64,000 nt of DNA from Camelus dromedarius (lineage: Eukaryota), in assembly GCF_036321535.1 (NCBI RefSeq), contig NC_087436.1, positions 3,162,001-3,226,000 of the forward strand, written 5' to 3'. Below are positions 11,501 through 24,300 of the stretch, piece after piece (position 1 is the first letter of the stretch; the number at the start of each line of letters is the position of its first letter). Both the position numbers and the translations under genes were made by a program. Under the pieces are notes generated by a model. The model ran no database searches and had not been told where the DNA came from. It saw only the letters and a program-made list of their open reading frames with translations.

Positions 11501-14500
11501 ATATTTATGGATTGGAGTTTGCAAGTGAAAAGAAACTTTGTGTTCCCAACAAGCTAGGTGAAGGACGGCTTTCACACACACTTATCTCTCAGACCTGAGC
11601 ATGTGGAGAGACTTTCGTTCATCTAGCACAAAGGGAACGGGTGCAGGAGAAACTTTAACTCTGGTTTCTCAGTCTGTTTTCTAGTGCCGGTTTAAGTTCC
11701 TGCAGTTTTCACTGTAAAACTTATTTGGAGCTAGTACCTCCCCATATATATGTATGGAGTGGAGTTTGCAAGTGAAAAGAAACTTTGTGTTCCGAACAAG
11801 CTAGGTGAAGGACGGCTTTCACACACACTTATCTATGAGAACTTAGCATGTGGAGAGACGTTCGTTCTCTAGCACAAAAGGAACAGTTTGCAGGAGAAAC
11901 TTTTACTCTGGTTTCTCAGTCTGTTTCCTAGTTCCGGTTGAAGTTCCTGCAGTTTTCACTGTATAACCGAGTTGGAGCTAGTACCTCCCCATATATATAT
12001 ATGGAGTGGAGTTTGCAAGTGAAAAGAAACTTGGTCTTCCCAACAAGCTATGTGAAGAACGGCTTTCACACACACTTATCTCTGAGAACTGAGCATGTGG
12101 AGAGACGTTCGTTCATCTAGCACAAAGGGAAGAGTTTGCTGGAAAAACTTTTACTCTGGTTTCTCAGTCTGTTTCCTAGTGCCGGTTGAAGTTCCTGCAG
12201 TTTTCACTGTAAAACCGAGTTGGAGCTAGTACCTCCCCATATATTTGTATGGAGTGGAGTTTGCAACTGAAAAGAATCTTTGTGTTCCCAACAAGCTAGG
12301 TGAAGAACGGCTTTTAAACACACTTTTCTCTCAGAACTGAGCATGTGGAGAGACGTTCGTTCATCTAGAACAAAGGGAAAGGGTTGCAACAGAAACTATT
12401 ACTCTGGTTTCTCAGTCTGTTTCCTAGTGCCGGTTTGAAGTTCCTGCAGTTTTCACTGTAAAACCGAGTTGGAGCTAGTACCTCCCCATATATATGTATG
12501 GAATGGAGTTTGCAAGTGAAAAGAAACTTTGTGTTCCCAACAAGCTAGGTGAAGGACGCCTTCCACACACAATTATCTCTCAGAACTGAGCATGTTTAGA
12601 GACGTTCGTTCATCTAGCAAAAAGGAACGGGTTGCAGGAGAAACTTTTACTTTGGTTTCTCAGTCTGTTTCCTAGTGCCGGTTTGAAGTTCCTGCAGTTT
12701 TCACTGTAAAACCGAGTTGGAGCTTGTACCTCCCCTTATATAGGTATGGAGTGGAGTTAGCAAGTGAAAAGAAACTTTGTGTTCCCAACAAGCTAGGTGA
12801 AGGACGGCTTTCACACACAATTATCTCTCAGAACTGAGCATGTGGAGAGACGTTCGTTCATCTAGCACAAAGGTAACGGGTGGCAGGAGAAACTTTTACT
12901 CTGGTTTCTCAGTCTGTTTCCTAGTGCCGATTTGAAGTTCCTGCAGTTTTCACTGTAAAACCGAGTTGGAGCTAGTAACTCCCCATATATATGTATGGAT
13001 TGTAGTTTGCAAGTGAAAAGAAATTTTGTGTTCCCAACATGCTAGGTGAAGGACGGCTTTCACACACACTTATCTCTCAGAACTGAGCATGTGGAGAGAC
13101 TTTCGTTCATCTAGCACAAAGAGAACGGGGTGCAGGTGAAACATTTACTCTGGTTTCTCAGTCTGTTTCCTAGTGCCGATTTGAAGTTCCTGCAGTTTTC
13201 ACTGTTAAAAACGAGTTGGAGCTAGTAAATCCCCATATATATGTATGGATTGGAGTTTGCACCTGAAAAGAAACTTTGTGTTCCCAACAAGCAAGTTGAA
13301 TTACGGCTTTCACACACACTTATCTCTCAGAACTGAGCATGTGGAGAGACGTTCGTTCATCTAGCACAAAGGGAACGGGGTGCAGGTGAAACTTTTACTC
13401 TGTTTTCTCAGTCTGTTTTCTAGTGTCAGTTGATGTTCCTGCAGTTTTCACTGTAAAAACGAGTTGGAGCTAGTACCTACCCATATATATGTATGGAGTG
13501 GAGTTTGCAAGTGAAAAGAAATTTTGTGTTCCCAAAAAGCTAGGTGAAGGATGGCTTTCACACACACTTATTTCTGAGAACTGAGCATGTGGAGAGACGT
13601 TCGTTCATCTAGCACAAAGGGAACGGGTTCAACAGAAACTTTTACTCTGTTTCCCAGTCTGTTTCCTAGTGCCGGTTTGAAGTTCCTGCAGTTTTCACTG
13701 TAAAACCGAGTTGGAGCTAGTACCTCCCCATATATTTGTATGGAATGGAGTTTGCAACTGAAAAGAAACTTTGTGTTCCCAACAAGCTAGGTGAAGGACG
13801 GCTTTTACACACAATTTTATCTCAGAACTGAGCATGTGGAGAGACTTTCGTTCATCTAGCACAAAGGGAACGGGTTCAACAGAAACTTTTACTCTGTTTC
13901 CCAGTCTGTTTCCTAGTGCCGGTTTGAAGTTCCTGCAGTTTTCACTGTAAAACCGAGTTGGAGCTAGTACCTCCCCATATATTTGTATGGAGTGGAGTTT
14001 TCAAGTGAAAAGAAACTTTGTGTTCCCCACAAGCTAGGTGAAGGACGGCTTTCTCACACACTTATCTCTGAGAACTGAGCATGTGGAGAGACTTTCGTTC
14101 ATCTAGCACAAAGGGAAATGTTTGCAGGAGAAACTATTACTCTGGTTTCTCAGTCTGTTTCCTAGGGCCGGTTTGAAGTTCCTGCAGTTTTCACTGTAAA
14201 ACCGAGTTGGAGCTAGTACCTCCCCATATATATGTATGGATTGGGGTTTGCAAGTAAAAAGAAACTTTGTGATCCCAACTAGCTAGGTGAAGGACGCCTT
14301 TCACACACACTTATCTCTCAGAACTGAGCATGTTTAGAGACGTTCGTTCATCTAGCACAAAGGAACGGGTTGTAGGAAAACATTAACTCTGGTTTCTCAG
14401 TCTGTTTCCTAGGGCCGATTTGAAGTTCCTGCAGTTTTCACTGTAAAACCGATTTGGAGCTAGTAAATCCCCATATATATGTATGGAGTGGAGTTTGCAC

Positions 14501-17500
14501 CTGAAAAGAAACTTTGTGTTCCCAACAAGCTAGGTGAATTACGGATTTCACACACACTTATCTCTCAGAACTGAGCTTGTGGAGAGACGTTCGTTCATCT
14601 AGCACAAAGGGAACGGTTTGCAACAGAAACTTTTACTCTGGTTTCTCAGTCTGTTTCCTAGTGCCGGTTTGAAGTTCCTGCAGTTTTCACTGTAAAACCC
14701 TGTTGGAGCTAGTACCTCATCATATATATGTATGGAGTGGAGTTTTCAAGTGAAAAGAAACTTTGTGTTCCCAACAAGCTAGGTGAAGGACGGCTTTCAC
14801 ACACACTTATCTCTCAGAACTGAGCATGTGGAAAGACGTTCGTTCATCTAGCACAAAGGGAACGGGTTGCAGCAGAAACTTTTACTCTGGTTTCTCAGTC
14901 TGTTTCCTAGTGCGGGTTTGAAGTTCCTGCAGTTTTCACTGTAAAACCGAGTTGGAGCTAGTACCTCCCCATATATATGTATGGAGTGGAGTTTGCAAGT
15001 GAAAAGAAACTTTGTGTTTTCAACAAGCTAGGTGAAGGACGGCTTTCACACACACTTATCTCTCAGAACTGATCATGTTTGGGAGACGTTCGTTTATCTA
15101 GCACAAAGGAACGTGTTGCAGGAGAAACTTAAACTCTGGTTTCTCAGTCTGTTTCCTAGTGCCAGGTTGAATTTCCTGCAGTTTCACTGTAAAACTGAGT
15201 TGGAGCTAGTACCTCCCAATATATATGTATGGAGTGGAGTTTGCACCTGAAAAGAAACTTTGTGTTCCCAACAAGCTAGTTAAATTACGGCTTTCACACA
15301 CATTTACCTCTCAGAACTGAGCATGTGGAGAGACGTTCGTTCATCTAGCACAAATGGAACGGGTTGCTGGAGAAACTTTTACTCTGCTTTCTCAGTGTGT
15401 TTCCTAGTGCCGGTTTGAAGTTCCTGCATTTTTTACTGTAAAACAATTTTGGAGCAAGTACCTCCTCTTATATATGTATGGATTCGAGTTTTCAAGTGAA
15501 AAGAAACTTTGTGTTCCCAACAAGCTATGTGAAGGACGGCTTCACACACACTTATCTCTCAGAACTGAGCATGTGGAGAGACGTTCGTTCATCTAGCACA
15601 AAGGGAACGGTGTGCAGGAGAAAATATTACTCTGGTTTCCCAGTCTGTTTCCTAGTGACGGTTTGAAGTTCCTGCAGTTTTCACTGTAAAACCGAGTTGG
15701 AGCTAGTACCTCCCCATATATATGTATGGATTGGCGTTTGCAAGTGAAAAGAATTTTTGTGTTCCGAAAAGCTATGTGAAGGACGGCTTTCACACACACT
15801 TATCTCTCAGAACTGAGCATGTTTAGAGACGTTCGTTCATCTAGCACAAAGGAACGGGTTGCAGGAGAAACTTTTACTCTTGTTTCTCAGTCTGTTTCCT
15901 AGTGCCTGTTTGAAGTTCCTGCAGTTTTCACTGTAAAACCGAGTTGGAGCTTGTATCTCCCCATATATATGTATGGAGTGGAGTTTGCACCTTAAAAGAA
16001 ACTTTGTGTTCCCAACAAGATAGGTGAATAACGGCTTTCACACACACTTATCTCTCAGAACTGAGCATGTGGAGAGACCTTCGTTCATCTAGCACAAAGT
16101 GAACGGGGTGCAGGAGAAACTTTTACTCTGGTTTCTCAGTCTGTTTTCTCTTGCCGGTTGAAGTTCCTGCAGTTTATCTGTAAAACCGAGTTGGAGCTTG
16201 TACCACCCCATATATATGTATGGAGTGGGGTTTGCAACTGAAAAGAAACTTTGTGTTCCCAACAAGCTAGGTGAAGGACGGCTTTCACACACACTTATCC
16301 CTCAGAACTGAGCATGTGGAGAGACGTTCGTTCATCTAGCACAAAGGGAACGGTTTGCAGGAGAAAATATTACTCTGGTTTCCCAGTCTGTTTCCTAGTG
16401 CCGTTTTGAAGTTCCTGCAGTTTTCACTGTAAAACCGAGTTGGAGCTAGTACCTCCCCATATATATATATATGGATTGGAGTTTGCAAGTGAAAAGAATC
16501 TTTGTGTTCCAAAAGCTAGGTGAAGGACGGCTTTCACACACACTTATCTCTCAGAACTGAGCATGTGGAGAGACGTTCTTTCATCTAGCAAAAAGTAAAC
16601 GGGTTGCAGGAGAAACTTTTACTCTGGTTTCTCAGTCTGTTTCCTGGTGCCGGTTTGAAGTTCCTGCAGTTTTCAGTGTAAAACCGAGTTGGAGCTACTA
16701 CCTCCCCATATATACGTATGGAGTGGAGTTTGCAAGTGAAAAGAAACTTTGTGTTCCCAACAAGCTCGGTGAAGGACGGCTTTCACACACACTTATCTCT
16801 CAGAACTGAGCATGTTTAGAGACGTTCGTTCATCTAGCACAAAGGAACGAGTTGCAGGAGAAACTTTTACTCTGGTTTATCAGTCTGTTTCCTAGTGCCG
16901 GTTTGAAGTTCATGCAGTTTTCACTGTAAAACCGAGTTGGAGCTAGTACCTCCCCATATATATGTATGGAGTGGAGTTTGCACCTGAAAAGAAACTTTGT
17001 GTTCCCAACAAGCTAGGTGAATTACGGCTTTCACACACACTTATTTCTCAGAACTGAGCATGTGGAGAGACGTTCGTTCATCTAGCACAAAGGGAACGAG
17101 TTGCAGGAGAATCTTTTACTCTGGCTTCTCAGTCTGTTTCCTAGTGCCGGGTTGAAGTTCCTGCAGATTTCACTGTAAAACCGAGTTGGGGCTTGTACCA
17201 AACCCTTATATATTTATGGAGTGGAGTTTGCAACTGAAAAGAAACTTTGTGTTCCCAACAAGCTAGGTGAAGTATGGCTTTCACACACACTTATTTCTCA
17301 GAACTGAACATGTGGAGAGACGTTACTTAATCTAGCACAAAGGGAACGGGTTGCAGGAGAAACTTATCTCTGGTTTCTCAGTCTGTTTCCTAGTGCCGGT
17401 TTGAAGTTCCTGCAGTTTTCACTGTGAAACAGAGTTGGGGCTAATACCTACCCATATATATGTATGGAGTGTAGTTTGCAACTGAAAAGAAACTTTGTGT

Positions 17501-19769
17501 TCCCAACAAGCTAGGTGAAGGACGGCTTTCACACACACTTATCTCTCAGAACTGAGCATGTTGAGAGACGTTCGTTCATCTAGCAAAAAGGGAACGGTTT
17601 GAAGGAGAATCTTTTACTCTGGTTTCTCAGTCTGATTCCTAGTGCCGGTTTGAACTTCCTGCAGTTTTCATTGTAAAACAGTTTTGGAGTTAGTACTTAC
17701 TCATATATATTTATGGAGTTAGGTTTGCAACTGAAAAGAAACTTTGTGTTCCCAAGAAGCTAGGTGAAGGAAGGTTTTCACACACATTTATCTCACAGAA
17801 CTGAGCATATGGAGAGACGTTCGTTCAAGTAGCCAAAAGAACGGGTTGCAGGAGAAACTTTAACTCTGGTTTCTCAGTCTGTTTCCTAGTGCCGGTTTGA
17901 AGTTCCTGCAGTTTTCACTGTAAAACAGAGTTGGAGCTAGTACCTAACCATATATATGTATGGAGTGAGTTTTGCAACTGAAAAGAAACTTTGTGTTCAG
18001 TACAAGCTAGGTGAAGTACGGCATTCACACACACTTATCTCTCAGAACTGAGCATGTGGAGAGAAGTTCGTTCATCTAGCACAAATGGAACGGGTTGCAG
18101 GAGAAATTTTTACTCTGGTTTCTCAGTCTGTTTCCTAGTCCCGGGTTGAAGTTCCTGCACTTTTCACTGTAAAACCGAGTTGTGGCTTGTACCTCCCCAT
18201 ATATATGTATGGAGTGGAGTTTGCAAATGAAAAGATACATTGTGTTCCCAACAAGCTATGTGAAGGACGGCTTTCACACACACTTATCTCTCAGAACTGA
18301 GCATGTGGAGAGACGTTCGTTCATCTAGCACAAAGGTAACGGGTGGCAGGAGAAACTTTTACTCTGGTTTCTCAGTCTGTTTCCTAGTGCCGTTTTTAAG
18401 TTCCTGCACTTTTCACTGTAAAACCGAGTTGGAGCTAGTAACTCCCCATATATATGTATGGAGTGGAGTTTGCAAATGAAAAGAAATTTTGTGTTCCCAA
18501 CATGCTAGGTGAAGGACGGCTTTCACACACACATATCTCTCAGAACTGAGCATGTGGAGAGACTTTCGTTCATCTAGCACAAATATAACGGGGTGCAGGA
18601 GAAACTTTTACTCTGGTTTCACAGTCTGTTTTCTAGTGCCGGTTGAAGTTCCTGCAGTTTTCACTGTAAAACCTAGTTGGAGCTAGTACCTCCCCATATA
18701 TATGTATGGAGAGAAATTTGCAAGTGAAAAGAAACTTTGTGTTCCCAAAAGCTAGGTGAAGGACGGCTTTCACACACAATTATCTCTGACAACTGAGCAT
18801 GTGGAGAGACTTTCGTTCATCTAGCACAAAGGGAACAGTTTGCAGGAGAAAATTTTACTCTGTTTTCTCAGTCTGTTTCCTAGTGCCGGTTGAAGTTCCT
18901 GCAGTTTTCACTGTAAAACCGACTTGGAGCTAGTACCTCCCCATATATATGTATGGAGTGGAGTTTACAAGTGAAAAGAATCTTTGTGTTCCCAACAAGC
19001 TAGGTGAAGGACGGCTTTCACACACACTTATCTCTGAGAACTGAGCATGTGGAGAGACGTTCGTTCATCTAGCACAAATGGAACAGTTTGTAGGAGAAAC
19101 TTTTACTCTGGTTTCTCAGTCTGTTTCCTAGTGCCGGTTTGAACTTCCTGCAGTTTTCACTGTAAAACCGTGTTGGAGCTAGTACCTCCCCATATATTTG
19201 TATGGAATGGAGTTTGCAACTGAAAAGAAACTTTGTGTTCCCAACAAGCTAGGTGAAGGACGGCTTTTACACACACTTTTCTCTCAGAACTGAGCATGTG
19301 GAGAGACGTTCGTTCATCTAGCACAAAGGGAACGGGTTCAACAGAAACTTTTACTCTGGTTTCCCAGTCTGTTTCCTAGTGCCGGTTTGATGTTCCTGCA
19401 GTTTTCACTGTAAAACCGTGTTGGAGCTAGTACCTCATCATATATATGTATGGAGTGGACTTTTCAAGTGAAAAGAAACTTTGTGTTCCCCACAAGCTAG
19501 GTGAAGGACGGCTTTCTCACACACTTATCTCTGAGAACTGAACATGTGGAGAGACTTTCGTTCATCTAGCACAAAGGGAAAGGGTTGCAGGAGAAACTAT
19601 TACTCTGGTTTCTCAGTCTGTTTCCTAGTGCCGGTTTGAAGTTCCTGCAGTTTTCACTGTAAAACCGAGTTGGAGCTAGTACCTCCCCATATATATGTAT
19701 GGATTGGAGTTTGCAAGTGAAAAGAAACTTTGTGTTCCCAACAAGCTAGGTGAAGGACGCCTTTCACAC

Positions 19770-21310
19770 ACACTTATCTCTCAGAACTGAGCATGTTTAG
19801 AGACGTTCGTTCATCTAGCACAAAGGAACGGGTTGCAGGAGAAACTTTAACTCTGGTTTTTCAGTCTGTTTCCTAGTGCCGATTTGAAGTTCCTACAGTT
19901 TTCATTGTAAAACCGAGTTGGAGCTAGTAAATCCCCATATATATGTATGGAGTGGAGTTTGCACCTGAAAAGAAACTTTGTGTTCCCTACAAGCTAGGTG
20001 AATTACGGCTTTCACACACACTTATCTCTCAGAACTGAGCATGTGGAGAGACGTTCGTTCATCTAGCACAAATGGAACGGGGTGCAGGAGAAACTTTTAC
20101 TCTGTTTTCTCAGTCTGTTTTCTAGTGCCGGTTGAAGTTCCTGCAGTTTTCACTGTAAAACCGAGTTGGAGCTAGTACCTCCCCATATATATGTATGGAG
20201 TGGAGTTTGCAAGTGAAAAGAAATTTTGGGTTCACAAAAAGCTTGGTGAAGGACTGATTTCACACACACTTATTTCTCAGAACTGAGCATGTGGAGAGAC
20301 GTTCGTTCATCTAGCACAAAGGGAACGGTTTGCAACAGAAACTTTTGCTCTGGTTTCTCAGTCTGTTTCCTAGTGCCGATTTGAAGTTCCTGCAGTTTTC
20401 ACTGTAAAACCCTGTTGGAACTAGTACCTCATCATATATATGTATGCAGTGGAGTTTTCAAGTGAAAAGAAACTTTGTGTTCCCCACAAGCTAGGTGAAG
20501 GACGGCTTTCACACACACTTATCTCTCAGAACTGAGCATGTGGAGAGACGTTCGTTCATCTAGCACAAAGGGAACGGGTTGCAGGAGAAACTTTTACTCT
20601 GGTTTCTCAGTCTGTTTCCTAGTGCCGGTTTGAAGTTCCTGCAGTTTTCACTGTAAAACCGAGTTGGAGCTAGTACCTCCCCATATATATGTGTGGAGTG
20701 GAGTTTGCAACTGAAAAGAAACTTTGTGTTCCCAAGAAGCTAGGTGAAGGACGGCTTTCACACACACTTATCTCTCAGTACTGAGCATGTTGAGAGACTT
20801 TCGTTCATCTAGCAAAAAGGAACGGGTTGCAGGAGAATCTTTTACTCTGGTTTCTCAGTCTGATTCCTAGTGCCGGTTTGAACTTCCTGCAGTTTTCACT
20901 GTAAAACAGTTTTGGAGTTTGTACTTCCCCTTATATATTTATGGAGTGGGGTTTGCAACTGAAAAGAAATTTAGTGTTCCCAACAAGCTAGGTGAAGGAC
21001 GGTTTTCACACACACTTATCTCTCAGAACTGAGCATTTGGAGAGACGTTCGTTCATCTAGCAAAAAGGGAACGGGTTGCAGGAGAAACTTTAACTCTGGT
21101 TTCTCAGTATGTTTCCTAGTGCCGGTTTGAAGTTCCTGCAGTTTTCACTGTAAAACAGAGTTGGAGCTAGTACCTAACCATATATATGTATGGAGTGAAG
21201 TTTGCAACTGAAAAGAAACTTTGTGTACCCAACAAGCTAGGTGAAGGACGACTTTCACACACACGTATCTCTCAGAACTGAGCATTTTGAGAGACGTTCG
21301 TTCATCTAGC
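19770..21310 (+). repeat. ~6-monomer block repeated 2981 bp (12 monomers) downstream at ~22750-24290
   Basis: TTTTGGGTTCACAAAA occurs at 20224 and 23205. CCCTGTTGGAACTAG, ATGTGTGGAG and GTTTTGGAGTTTGTAC are shared in the same order. Confidence 0.85.
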
Positions 21311-24300
21311 ACAAAGGGAACGGGTTGCAGGAGAAACTTTTACTCTGTTTTCTCAGTCTATTTCCTTGTGCCGGTTTGAATTTCCTGCAGTTTTCACTGT
21401 AAAACAGACTTGGAGCTAGTACTTCCCCATAAATATGTATGGAGTGGAGTTTGCAACTGAAAAGATACTTTGTGTTCCCAAAAAGCTAGGTGAAGGACGG
21501 CATTCACACACACTTATCTCACAGAACTGAGCATGTGGAGAGACGATCGTTCATCTAGCCAAAAGAACGGGTTGCAGGAGAAACTTTTACTCTGGTTTCT
21601 CAGACTGTTTCCTACTGCCGGTTTGAAGTTCCTGCAGTTTTCACTGTAAAACCGAGTTGGAGCTAGTACCTAACCATATCTATGTATGGAGTGAGTTTTG
21701 CAACTGAAAAGAAACTTTGTGCACCCAACAAGCTAGGTGAAGTACGACATTCACACACAAGTATCTCTCAGAACTGAGCATGTGGAGAGACGTTCGTTCA
21801 TCTATCACAAAGGGAACGGGTTGCAGGAGAAATTTTTACTCTGGTTTCTCAGTCTGTTTCCTAGTGCCGGTTTGAAGTTCCTGCAGTTTTCACTGTAAAA
21901 CCGAGTTGTGGCTTGTACCTCCCCATATATATGTATGGAGTGGAGTTTGCAAATGAAAGAAACTTTGTGTTCCCAACAAGATATGTGAAGGACGGCTTTC
22001 ACACACACTTAACTCTCAGAACTGAGCATGTGGAGAGACGTTCGTTCATCTAGCACAAAGGAAACGGGTTGCAGTAGAAAACTTTACTCTGGTTTCTCAG
22101 GCTGTTTCCTAGTGCCGGTTTGAAGTTCCTGCATTTTTCACTGTAAAACTTATTTGGAGCTAGTACCTCCCCATATATATGTATGGATTGGAGTTTGCAA
22201 GTGAAAAGAAACTTTGTGTTCCCAACAAGCTAGGTGAATGATGGCTTTCACACAAACTTATCTCCCAGAACTGAGTATGTGGAGAGACTTTCGTTCATCT
22301 AGCACAAAGTGAACGGGTTGCAGGAGAAAATTTTACTGTGGATTCTCAGTCTGTTTCGTAGTGCCGGTTTGAAGTTCCTACAGTTTTCAATGTAAAACCG
22401 AGTTGGGGCTAGTAGCTCCCCATAAATATGTTGGAGTGGAGTTTGCAAGTGAAAAGAATCTTTGTCTTCCCAACAAGCTAGGTAAAGGACGGCTTTCACG
22501 CACACTTATCTCTCAGAAATGAGCATGTGGAGAGACGTTCGTTCATCTAGCAAAAAGGGAACGGGTTGCAGGAGAAACTTTTACTCTGGTTTCACAGTCT
22601 GTTTCCTAGTGCCGTTTTGAATTTCCTGCAGTTTTCACTGAGAAACCGAGTTGGGGCTAGTACCTAACCATATATATGTATGGAGTGGTGTTTGCAACTG
22701 AAAAGAAACTTTGTGTTCCCAACAAGCTAGGTGAAGGACGGCTTTCACACACACTTATCTCTCAGAACTGAGCATGTTTAGAGACGTTCGTTCATCTAGC
22801 ACAAAGGAACGGGTTGCAGGAGAAACTTTAACTCTGGTTTTTCAGTCTGTTTCCTAGTGCCGATTTGAAGTTCCTACAGTTTTCATTGTAAAACCGAGTT
22901 GGAGCTAGTAAATCCCCATATATATGTATGGAGTGGAGTTTGCACCTGAAAAGAAACTTTGTGTTCCCTACAAGCTAGGTGAATTACGGCTTTCACACAC
23001 ACTTATCTCTCAGAACTGAGCATGTGGAGAGACGTTCGTTCATCTAGCACAAATGGAACGGGGTGCAGGAGAAACTTTTACTCTGTTTTCTCAGTCTGTT
23101 TTCTAGTGCCGGTTGAAGTTCCTGCAGTTTTCACTGTAAAACCGAGTTGGAGCTAGTACCTCCCCATATATATGTATGGAGTGGAGTTTGCAATTGAAAA
23201 GAAATTTTGGGTTCACAAAAAGCTAGGTGAAGGACGGATTTCACACACACTTATTTCTCAGAACTGAGCATGTGGAGAGACGTTCGTTCATCTAGCACAA
23301 AGGGAACGGTTTGCAACAGAAACTTTTGCTCTGGTTTCTCAGTCTGTTTCCTAGTGCCGATTTGAAGTTCCTGCAGTTTTCACTGTAAAACCCTGTTGGA
23401 ACTAGTACCTCATCATATATATGTATGGAGTGGAGTTTTCAAGTGAAAAGAAACTTTGTGTTCCCCACAAGCTAGGTGAAGGACGGCTTTCACACACACT
23501 TATCTCTCAGAACTGAGCATGTGGAGAGACGTTCGTTCATCTAGCACAAAGGGAACGGGTTGCAGGAGAAACTTTTACTCTGGTTTCTCAGTCTGTTTCC
23601 TAGTGCCGGTTTGAAGTTCCTGCAGTTTTCACTGTAAAACCGAGTTGGAGCTAGTACCTCCCCATATATATGTGTGGAGTGGAGTTTGCAACTGAAAAGA
23701 AACTTTGTGTTCCCAACAAGCTAGGTGAAGGACGGCTTTCACACACACTTATCTCTCAGAACTGAGCATGTTGAGAGACGTTCGTTCATCTAGCAAAAAG
23801 GAACGGGTTGCAGGAAAATCTTTTACTCTGGTTTCTCAGTCTGATTCCTAGTGCCGGTTTGAATTTCCTGCAGTTTTCACTGTAAAACAGTTTTGGAGTT
23901 TGTACTTCCCCTTATATATTTATGGAGTGGGGTTTGCAACTGAAAAGAAATTTTGTGTTCCCAACAAGCTAGGTGAAGGACGGTTTTCACACACACTTAT
24001 CTCTCAGAACTGAGCATTTGGAGAGACGTTCGTTCATCTAGCAAAAAGGGAACGGGTTGAAGGAGAAACTTTAACTCTGGTTTCTCAGTCTGTTTCCTAG
24101 TGCCGGTTTGAAGTTCCTGCAGTTTTCACTGTAAAACAGAGTTGGAGCTAGTACCTAACCATATATATGTATGGAGTGAAATTTGCAACTGAAAAGAAAC
24201 TTTGTGTACCCAACAAGCTAGGTGAAGGAGGACTTTCACACACACGTATCTCTCAGAACTGAGCATTTTGAGAGACGTTCGTTCATCTAGCAAAAAGGGA

